In this document: positions 53,385 through 64,000 of the stretch, piece by piece
Numbering within the stretch: position 1 is the stretch's first letter
Layout: each line of letters begins with the position of its first letter
Assembly: GCA_964057225.1 (NCBI GenBank)
Contig: OZ059898.1
Location: 8,990,001-9,054,000 of the forward strand
Source of the DNA: Auanema rhodensis
Lineage: Eukaryota; Animalia; Nematoda
Direction: 5' to 3'
Length of the DNA: 64,000 nucleotides
Notes under the pieces: generated by a model
Databases searched by the model: none
Told to the model about the DNA's origin: nothing
The model's input: the letters and a program-made list of their open reading frames with translations, nothing else
Program-made: the position numbers and the translations under genes

Positions 53385-55208
53385 ATTTTATTATTTTTAT
53401 TATTTTTAGATTTTTATATTTCTTTTTTGATTTAAAGAAAAATTTATTTTTTAAATAGAATCTAGTCAAAAACGTTTTAATCATTGTGAATAGTATATTA
53501 TTGTATAATAATGCACGGGTACAAAAAGATATTTTTGTTCTTTTTGCCAAACTTACTTAATAAGCTCTTAGATTGTGAATTTCAAAAAAAAAAAAAGAAG
53601 AAGAAGAATAAGATTGGTTTATCAAATATACGGGTTCATTTGATTTTTAAATTGTAAATATGTGTACGAAATTAATAAAATTTTATTTTATTCTCTTAAG
53701 ATAAATAATAACAAATAATTAAATTAAACCAATTACATATATTATAAATATAATTTATATAATAATTTAATTTTTAAAAAAAAATGAATAAATGTTTTTC
53801 ATACATAGTATACAGTACCAATGTAGTTGCATATTAAACCGAGTATGAACTATTGGAAGAACTTTCTGTAAACATTTTTCAAATTCGTTACCATCTTTAG
53901 CTTGAAAACAATATCAGAGTTTTCATGATCTTATGAAAACTATATAGAATAAATTGTAAAATTAAGTAAAAATTTATTTTATTTGTTCAATATCAGAGTA
54001 ATTTTTAAATATTTTTGATTACTTAGTTGTACCTTATCATTTTCAAAACTTATTTTTCAGGAATAAAATAGATAAATATCTATAATAATAGTTTAAAATA
54101 AAAAAGATTACAATAATATTTAATTAAATACATACATATAATAATAATAAATAAAAATGATATATAAAAGTTGAAAGAAGAAACAAATTAAATCAAAAAC
54201 TTAATATGAATATCAGTATTTTATTATTTTAATATTTTTTCTATTCTCACTTATCAGTTAATCACTCAACACTATACTTATATATATATCGATGCTTTTT
54301 TTCTTAAATTATTTATTTTTAGTTAATAACAAACTTTGTTTAAGTAAAATAAATTGGAAAAAATTGTAAAATTTTAATTATTTTTTGCAAATTTTGGATT
54401 TTCAAAAATTAGAAAAAAATTTCATCACGTTTTTGAGATAGGATGATGCTCTCTCACACACATAAATGCTTTTGACAGGTTTTACAAGTCATTTTGAAGT
54501 TAATTTTATTTTTCCACTACCAATAATATATGAACTGTGTTCATTGTCCTCTTCGATGTTCAGACAACGTTCAGAATTTTTGATTATTTTCATGTCTTAT
54601 TCCAAAAAGATACATACCATTATATTTTGGAGACAATTGTTATTTTGGGAAAATAAATCACATTTTTCCATTTGAAATGGGAAAAAAATGTACTGATCAG
54701 ATGACGTTCAGTTCATTTTTGCTAAGCAGACAGTTAGTGAGCTTCTTCATCATCAGACATGCATATGTATGTGTTGTTTTTATAAGTTATATGTATGTAA
54801 TAAAAAGGAAAATAGTATGACATTGAATAAGTTTATTAAAAATCTACAAAGAACTTGTTTTAGATAACAACAAGGCTATAAAAGAGGTGAGAATTTGAGA
54901 AAACAGTTTAGGTATTCTTGAAAAGAAAAATCTAATACCGGGAAAATTTTGTGACTCGTTTCTTGAAGAGGATACAAAATTTGCAATAATTATAATAATT
55001 ATATTATATAAAACAGATTTATAGCTTATATATTCACAATGAGTGTTGAGATCAAAAGCGGCTAGTGTTTGTTTTTTTCGTTTTGAGGTGTTTTTTTTCT
55101 GAATTTATAAGTTTCGCAACTAAAATGTTCAGAAGAAAACAATATTGAACACGTTTTTCATCATACTTATCGTTGGTATTTTGATTATTTTTTTAAGAAA
55201 AAAATAAA

Positions 55209-57332
55209 TTAGACTGAGAATTGAACAGCGGTCTGTTGACTGAGAGTATTGGCTAATATGCTTTTATTGAGGTCAGGAACTTGGTGGACAGGGCTAACAT
55301 TTTGCCCTGAGGGTTTTTGCTGAGGGAATCTTGTAGGGTTCATCAGAAGTTGAGCTAGAGCTAAGAAACTATCCTGATTTGGAGTTGAAAATAAGCTATT
55401 CATGCGCAAAGCATCCATAGGCAGCGTAGGAGCACTAAAAACAAAGATAAATTATTATAATTAAATAAATTTGTATGTATACTAACCTGATGGGAATTTG
55501 CATGGTTGAAGGTTGGATGGGAGTTGGTCGGAAAGCTGGTAAAATAAGGTTTTCTAATGGAACAGTCGTAGTAGCTGGGGAAGGTGTATAATCAGAGGTA
55601 GTTGGAGCAATTGCGTTAGTAGAAATAGCAGAAGTTGACATGCTAGCTACAGGAGATGTAACTGGCGGTGAAGTAGATGGTACTGCATTCACTGAAAAAT
55701 AATAAAAATAAAATAAATATAGTAAGATAATTAAATTTACATTGAGCTTCCAACAGTTCATTTCTTCTCTTTAACTCGGCTATGCCATTTTCACTTTCAT
55801 TAATTTTATTTTTCATCAATCCAATGTATTCAATAGCTCTTTTAAGTATGAGAGCACGGGATGACTAAAATAGAGAAAAATAAGAAATAGTCCAAAATCA
55901 AAGAAATTGATAAACCTTTTCTCCTTCCAAAATTGGAATAGCATTTTTTAAAGCCATGAAGTGATCTTTGATATGATCACGTCTCCTTCTTTCTAATTCA
56001 TTATGATGGGCTCGACGATCATCGTTAAGAGAAGGTGAATGTGATTTTGGACTAGAAGCATCATCCTGAAATATAAATATTTAAATTTAAATATTATATG
56101 TTAATAAATAATATATTTATAATAATCAGAAAAGATGACATCATAATCAACTAAAACAAAAATTTACATAATCGTTATATAGATGAAATGTGATGATGGC
56201 AATTGCATATATTCCTGCGTATGCAACACAATCTCATATAATACTCAACAGTTTTTGAATATTTTATGAATTTTTAATATTTATGTATTTTATTTATTTT
56301 TGAATTATTATTTAATAATTAGATAAAACAAAATATAATTGAAAAATGGCTCAAACATCAGAGTAGCTGTGAGTTGAAATGAAAAAACGACCACATGGTT
56401 TGATGGGATTATTTAGATTAGAAGGTTTTATGGACTTTTTAATGAATTACATAAATTTCATGAAGTATAGAAAGATATAATCCATGTTTCAAATAATTAT
56501 TTAGGAAAAACCTGAATACAACTCTGATATACTTAGAAAACATAATCTTTTTTATCAAATTTTCTTGATTATGAAGACATTTTCTCATGAAAAACTACTT
56601 GTACTTTTCAACATAGATGTATATAGAGTATTATAAATATAGTAAGTAAAAAGAAAAATGATGTCATGTTAGTTATATGTTTAATTCTCATATTTCCAAC
56701 ATTTTTTTTCTCTTTTAAAACGGCCATCTATGATGTATATTATTCTTTTTTTTTTAAATTATGGACGGATTATGATTGAAAAATCAAAGGTTCATATAAG
56801 TTTTTATAATGACAAATATAACTTTCCAATTTTCCAATAACGGATTCGGAAGATATTTGGCAATTTTCATAATACGGATTGAAGAAAACTTATAAAAATT
56901 GATCAAAAACATTAGGAAAAGCTATATGAGGATATTCACAAAGATGTGCTCTTACATCCGGACTATTCGAGATGATTAAATCGCTCATTCTGATCCGGAT
57001 TATCCGCAACTACCAGGTGATAAGGATTGCGGGTGGATGATGTGAGATGTTAAAGCAATTTTTTAATATAATAGAAAGCCTATGAGAAGAAAGTTTAGAG
57101 AAAGTTAGAATATCGGAAGCACATGACTTGATTGAAAATGAATATCTATATAGTTGATGTTTGGTATACTTCAGAATTACAGATAGTACACTAGTAGTTG
57201 AATAAATGTTAACGAAGACGAATCAGACAGAATGATGATATTTACCTCACTGGATTCTGAATGCTGACGCTTTCGGCCCATTTTCGATATTCCAGACTTG
57301 CTGAACACAGATTCATCAATCATCATCGTCAT
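55209..57332 (-). CDS. mxl-3: Max-like bHLH-Zip transcription factor
   Basis: DRRAHHNELERRRRDHIKDHF...AIPILEGEKSSRALILKRAIEYI plus a leucine zipper; N-terminal MIDESVFS...MGRKR resembles C. elegans MXL-3 as I recall it; S/T/P-rich C-terminus. Confidence 0.88.
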
Positions 57333-60300
57333 TGTGAAACAAATTGAGAGCTAATTCCTAGAAACAATAAAATATAATACTACATATAGAATGAAATAAT
57401 AAGATTGTATAAGAGGGAAAGAAGTCAGGTGAATGAAATCTCAAAATATTAAAAATGAAGAAATTTGAATTAAAAATATGGTGCGCCATTGAAGAATGTT
57501 CGACGTTAATAGATTTCAGTAAAAATATAGTGAATATGCACGTAGATGTTGAAATTATGAATAAATAGCTGATAAAATTTGTATATGTAGGTATAAATAT
57601 ATATTCAAAATTAAGAATAAATCATTATATTGTAAAGAGAATGGTATATTCAATGGTTTCTTTCATAGCTTTCTAATCAGGAATAGTAGTAATACACTAA
57701 CTTGGAAAGAAGTTGAAGGAAAGAGCAACACATGAATGATACATTTCATGAGAAACATGGATATATGTGAAAGATATAAGTACTTGTTGAATGAGTGGGG
57801 GTGGTTGATAAAACTTCTAATTAGATAGCTATAGAACAGTAGAGTATTGAGAATACAATAGAATTCCATAAGTGGAAATCAAAACCATGTAAACAGCAAA
57901 GTATAGGAGCTAGGATTGGACGGGCCACTAGGGCTTCAGGCCATGAACAACCGACCAACCGACTGAATGTGCCGTCTGTCGGTCCGCAGCGATGGGGATG
58001 CACCCCCAACGAGAACAGCAGGAAAGAGGCGGAGTCAGTTTGATAACCACGCCCTTCCATGCGGTCTAGCACGGGAAGCACGCGTGTGCGTGTAAACAGC
58101 ATGCAAGTGCAAGAGACCCTCTATGATCCTGCACACTCCAGCGGTCTCTCGGTATTTCCCGACTATTTTTCTTGTGCTATTATCGTTTCTCTCTAGGCTT
58201 GTTAATTTCTCTCGTTTTTTCCACACAATAACTCTCAGTATATTCTGCCACCCTCCCCCCTTTGTAGAAGAAAAATAGCAGTTAGCAACAGCTCGTGAGA
58301 GAGAGAGAGAGAAAGAGTAGAGTTATAGAGAGAATGAGAAATGGAGAGAACAGGGGTCCTCTGAATGTTTCCGTGTCCACAGAACGCGACATGTCAAAAC
58401 AACGGGCCGCGTTGTCCGCGACACGAACAAAGAACTCGAGAGTACGACGACGATGACGACGGACAAGCATCAGGAACTCATATGTCGATGTCCGGATACA
58501 TCGTCATGCAGCAGAAAAGTGTGTTTGTTACCTGCAGACTATGCAAAACGGAGGGAAATAGCTGGACCGATTCGTGAATACAGAATACAGAAGTAGGAGA
58601 ATCCTCAGAAAGTGTTGTAGCTGAGGAATAGTTGACCACGTATATCTATCAAAGCAATGGGTTCACTTTTCCTCCTAAATTTCATAGACTGTCGCTCTCA
58701 TGCCTCTCCCTCTTACTGTGTTTCTCTCTGTTCTTCTTTAACCCTCTTTGTCACACACATAAAGGACAGTTGGATGATCTGAAATATGAGTTGAAGACTT
58801 CATGAAGTAAAGAGGGCAACTGTTAAAGTGAAAAAATAGTACAGTTCTGGCATTATTGTTCTCGTGTGACGTGCGTGTTCAATATTTTGGGACCATTGAG
58901 AGAAATAGAATAGAGGAATACCCCTTGAGACTCTACTAGTTCTGATTTCAGATTTCATCGTTTTTCCAGTTGTTTCGATCTATTTCTCGTATTCTCTTTC
59001 TTTCAATACTTGTCTTTTTTCAATTAGCTTGCACATGAAAAGGGCTAAACATGTAAAGACTCTCTCCCCCCCCCCCCTTTCCATCAACGACTATTCTATC
59101 AATTGCATCACTAATCGTAAGAGAAACTAACTGTTGATTAAATATTTTCGTTATAATTTATTTTTTAAATTTTAATATTGGTAGTACGTTTGTAACCCTA
59201 AAACAGACAATCGTTTACTTGCCTTACGGCTTGTTGTCGCTTGGGGCGTTGGCAGTATTGGCCAGTGGTTCGTACATCTATTGGGTCTACCAATATCTTC
59301 AGACTTCTTAGCTTAAATTGGCAGCAAGGGAAAAGCTGACTGCTGTTATTAGTCCTCTACCCTTCAGATTTTTTTTGCTTTTCTCTGTCTCGCTTTTTGA
59401 GCGTTTCATTGTACCCTCTATTTTAAATATTTCTTCTTCTTAACACCTCCCCAGAGGCGACAAGTAGTAGAACTGAAAATCGAAACAGAAACAAGCCATT
59501 GGGTATATTGCTACAACGTGGGCGACAATAAGAACGAGACAACAATGTGGTTGAACACCAACGCCTCTCCTCCCCCTCCACCAGCACTACATTCACTAGC
59601 ATCGTCATTTCCAGTTACGAGTTGGTTGTGACCTAAGCAAGAATTCTTTTGCAGACTTGTCGGCTGGTTTGTTGGTCGTTGACGTTCATTCGTAGTCTCA
59701 CAAGCTGAGATGCAGCATCAGCAAAAGTAGCAGCATCAGCTAGTAAGTGAACGAGAGTAGAACGAAGTGAGGGAGGAAAGAAAGAGAAAGAGTGAACGGC
59801 GAAAAGAAAGGACGAAAACAGCCTCAGGCCTCGCTGATGCCGTTTTGTTTTTGCCTTGCCTCCTACTTGGCGAGTAGATGAGATTCAGGCCGTACGTTGT
59901 ATTCCTCTATCTCCTCTTACTTTCACTCAATATATCACCCAGACGTTCTTTACTGAGCAATAGCTGAAAAAGATTCAAAAGACTTTTGAGTATGTCAGGC
60001 ATAGATCAACAAAACACAGACGAATAATCTTTAATCTTTACTTGAGACTCGATGGCACATGCCGCCGTGTTGACCGTCCGGAGGTTGTTGACCACGACTG
60101 ACCCTTCGGGGCTTCTGCATGTTTTTCACTTTCCCACTTCATTCAAATCCTGCTACATGCTCTATTTTGTGTAGTAAAATAAGAAGGAAAATAAATAAAT
60201 ATATCTATATCAGAATTAGGAATAACTATCGTCTACTTGATTCGAAGAAATAGAGCTTCAACTTAACAATACGAACTTTTCGAAAGTTCGTCTTGAAAAC

Positions 60301-61832
60301 GGGATGGATGAATCAGTTTGATGTTCTTGAGTATGTGTTATGCTCTTTCAGAGCTTCAAGCAAGCCCGATTATTGCTGGATAACAGCCATTCTTTAGTTT
60401 CGGGAATCATCCTCATCTGCTTTCTCGTAACACCAACGAAAATTTTCAAAAAAAGAATAAAAGAACGTCAGATTAATTTGACTGATTCACTTGATAAGCG
60501 ACTATTATTGTTACAGTTTCTTAAACATTTGTATTGCAATCTGAGGTCACATAACGTGCAAGTAGAAGTTTAGGAAGCTGCAAATGTGACAGCGCATCGG
60601 AAAAGTGATTGCACATGAAAAGAAGAAATGACTTTGACGAAGAGGGCAAAAGACCTCAACTAATTCAGTACAAGATAGAAGAAACAGAATTTTAGACAAA
60701 ACAACCTTTTTCAGAGGGAGGGGAGAGGGAGAAACATGAACTTATTCCCTCATTTTCCCGTTTGTGCATGCCAGACGAATCACGTCATCAACATAGAAAC
60801 ATGACAAAAAATGAGGGAAATTCATAGTTTAGACATAAAAACAGAATACATATCAAGTGTAGAGAAAGGGAAGCTAAACGCAAATAGCCTTATTTCTCTC
60901 AACGTCATTTATAGACTTATGATTTTAAGAATACATACAATAGTATCGGTATGTGATGAATATGGAAATATGCTATATACGAGAAAGAGAGAAAGATAGG
61001 TATTGGCAAAAACTAGTTAAGATCTTGCAAAACAGCTTGACACAAGCCAATTGAAAGGAAGTCTAGAAGAGCTGTAGTTAGTTTATGGAACTGGTAGTTG
61101 CTATCGACATGGTTGCGGTCGGTGTGGTCCTTTGGTCCCAAATGGAAATCCGTTTCTCGAACGCATTCTCTGACATGAGAAGGCTAAATTTAATACACAA
61201 CGAACAACGAGAAAGAGTGAATAAGAAGAGGAAAAAATGGAGAAAGAGAAATATGAAGAGAATTGAAGAGAAATAAGAAAAAGTAAAGAGGGAGAGGGGC
61301 CGTAAGAGAAAGAGAGTCCACAAACAAGCTGACAATTTGATGTCTGTTTACGTGGTTAAAAGATACGAAAAAAGCTTTTTGTACTCTCTTTTTCTACATG
61401 ATTCTCTACTATGCTCTTTCACGGACGGCCTCTCTTCTCTATACTTTAATTGATAGTAGTCAGTATTACTAGAACATGTAAAGTCCTTCTTCTTCTTCTC
61501 CTTCTTCTTCTTATTTTCCCTTTCCCTTCTTCTTCATCTTCGTTTATACATTTCAAAGTATGATAACGTTTGTTCTGTTCTCAGGCTCAGTGAAAAAAAT
61601 AAAATACAAAGTCCAAAAGAAGCAGTGTCACAATTGTTTGTAGAATTATACTTACAAGGTCAACTAAAGTAATAACTAACTTTTGCTGGGTTCTAACGAA
61701 CATAGTGTTTCTCGTTATTCAGAATCAAACAATCATATTTCACTTTTTCTATCAAAAAGGGATGAATAATGTAGAATTATGCAGCGAGTCGTTAAAAATT
61801 TCTCAATGTTTGAAAATAATTTTTTAATCTCG

Positions 61833-63226
61833 CACGTGTCCTATGCACCGGGCAAAGTATTTATGAAACAAAGATCTTTTATTTTTTCTTCTCCGCTTTC
61901 TTTCGTTTTCTGTCAGCCTCTTCAATACTCAATTACATTGTCGTTTCAATCTTTACGTGGATCTCACGTGAACAACACGATGATCATTATTTCTTAAGCA
62001 CACTAATGGAGCGGTTGTATGTTATACCTTTTGCCTATTCTCTTCATCTCTCTTTCGATCGTTTCTCTAATCATCCTCCTGATATAGAACACGTTGGTTC
62101 AAGAACCACTTTCTATAAACGGCAAATATATAACAGAATGGATTTTTTGTTTCTCCAGCTGCCGATAGATGAAGAAAAGGGGTGGTAAGCCATGCTTTGC
62201 ATAGGCTATAGGACAAAGTCTTTTAGGAAACCAGAACTTTCCTCTTTCTCTCTATTCGCCTATTTTTCTACTTTCTTACCTCTTTCTCTCGTTATTCATT
62301 CTTTTCTTCTTCTTCTTTCGCTTTGTCTGTATCTCAATCACTACAACACAAGCCTGTATCCTACAATCCTCCCGCATGTCATCTCCACCCTATCCCGTCA
62401 TCACCATTTCCTACACACAGCGCCCACTAGTTGTTGTTCGGCTGTCCAATATTGTGCTGTTCACGTGAAGGCGGCGTGTAGAACAACGAGGGCAGGGAAT
62501 GGGTGCGACGAGATGAAGAACAAGACTGAGGGAAAGAGAGAAAATGAGAATACAAGAGAACGAATTGCTGATGTTAGTACCGATTCATCTGTTTAAAGGA
62601 GATAGTTGAATGTTAAGAATGAGACAGTCTGAATGCTTGAAATGCATACTAAACTCATACAACGTGAACTCAAAATTAGATACTTTATGATAAAGGTATT
62701 GTTCTATACAAATACTATTCATACAAATGTCTAGCTATAAATCTATATTTATACTTCAATACACAGATGTATTTATATTTTTGTATTTCATACTCAAATG
62801 ACCTATGAAAGCTTGAAGTCAAGATTGCTTTTTGTAGCCCTCAGGGCAATTCTATAGATGAGACTTTTCAATTTGAAAGCAGCAACAGCAGCAATAGAAA
62901 GTACAGGAACCGAATAACATCCTTCTGGCACGTTGACTAATAAGGCTGGTGGAAAAGTACAACAGGCTGTATGCATGTAAAGAGGGAAAAAGAGTGGGAG
63001 AGAATATTTGTGTATAACAGACTCCCTCTCTATCCTCCCCGAGCTTTCTCGTAAAGTGCAAAATGGTACTTTAAGGGATCATCAGTTTTTCTCTGGAATA
63101 TTTCAATTAACAGCTTTTCTACATGAAACATTTGGAAGTTATATGTGTGACATGTCACATATAAAAAAATTCTTCGCAACCAAGCGACACGTTGTTTCCC
63201 AAGAAATGAAAACATGCACTCACGTG
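61833..63226. promoter_or_regulatory. Cluster of four CACGTG E-boxes upstream of mxl-3
   Basis: CACGTG at 61833, 61965, 62462 and 63221; two are in TCACGTGA context. Confidence 0.4.
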
Positions 63227-64000
63227 GTTTTTCAAGTCGCTCTCATCGATCACATGTTATAGCTCAGATTTGAGTTAAGAACATCAGATACATTGGATAT
63301 TCTGGTTATGATGTGATGAAAGAAGCCAAATTGCAATATGTATGTAGGGCTGTTTGCCTGAAGCATTCACTTCATCATTGTATGCCTTGATTTCTCCTCT
63401 CGCTTTTCTATGTTGCCTTAAGAATACTATCATTTGTTTAGAATCAATTGTATTTCTCAATTTATTCTACACTGTGTTCTGACTCTTCTCACTGCCTTAT
63501 AAGTTTTTTAGGGATCAGATATAGAAAAACAAGATTCAAGTAGAATAGTAAGACACTTGAGAGGAAGTAGACGTTGTTAGTGGAAATATGACAGAAGAAA
63601 GAGAAAATGATTATAGTTTGAACTTTCTTATATCATGGCAATAAGCATAAAAATGTTAAAAAAGCTGGAAATGAAAAGAACAGAAATGTTAAATTGAACG
63701 GGAGCTCAGCAGCAGCAGCAGGCATTCGGAAGAAGCCGGGAGTGGGAATAAGAGCGAGAGATATAGAGAAATGAAGGAAACAAGTAAGATGGAAAGAAAT
63801 GGAAGATGGGGCAATCCCCGCAATGATCGTTCTTTGACTGCACCTCGTTGTGTTTAGGAAGGAAGCAGCAAAAGTAAAAAGATGATGAAATAAGAAAATT
63901 AAAGAAAAAAGGGATGATAATGAACAAATTTAGAAGTAAGACATGAACTAATATCCTTTTATAAAGAATACAAGCTTGAATTGTTTGAAACAAAAACTTA

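Noticed and set aside
59066-59077. C12 run (and C10 at 36311-36320) as G-quadruplex or DOG-1-sensitive tracts
   Set aside because: Too short for a stable intramolecular three-tier quadruplex from the run alone.
59243-59292. tRNA-like look (A-box-like TGGCAGTATTGG, GGTTCG, terminal ACCA)
   Set aside because: No anticodon arm and the acceptor stem does not pair.
1-64000. Telomeric TTAGGC arrays, DNA-elimination breakpoints, or piRNA upstream (CTGTTTCA) clusters
   Set aside because: Only isolated single motif hits were seen, with no arrays or clustering.

Overview
Eukaryotic, very AT-rich genomic DNA from a rhabditid (clade V-like) nematode. Genes are split by many short (~40-60 nt) GT-AG introns, so the ORF track captures only exon fragments. 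Reading across introns by eye gives 13 protein-coding genes: the 3' part of a GNAT acetyltransferase; a secreted protein with 15 peritrophin-A (ChtBD2) domains; WDR35/IFT121 (ifta-1) with a perfect RFX/DAF-19 X-box; an Srx-like chemoreceptor; a two-ShK-domain protein; a CNGCKT-type nuclear receptor; pycr-1; an Srsx-like chemoreceptor; a LITAF protein; a class 3 lipase; a SIRT4-type sirtuin; a sperm-type PP1 (gsp-3/4-like); a glypican; plus the Max-like bHLH-Zip mxl-3 (14 in total). Long non-coding stretches lie at about 19-22 kb, 27-37.6 kb, 44-47.6 kb and 57.4-64 kb. The most notable observations are frame-verified AAG and GAG 3' splice sites, candidate alternative terminal exons inside the single long intron of the chitin-binding gene, an X-box shared by a ciliary gene and a divergent chemoreceptor, an alternative first exon of mxl-3, and a sperm-type PP1 sitting among genes whose C. 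elegans orthologs I recall as X-linked. I saw no tRNA, rRNA, CRISPR array or intact transposon, and no clearly new biological system. Coordinates were counted by hand and may be off by a few bases.
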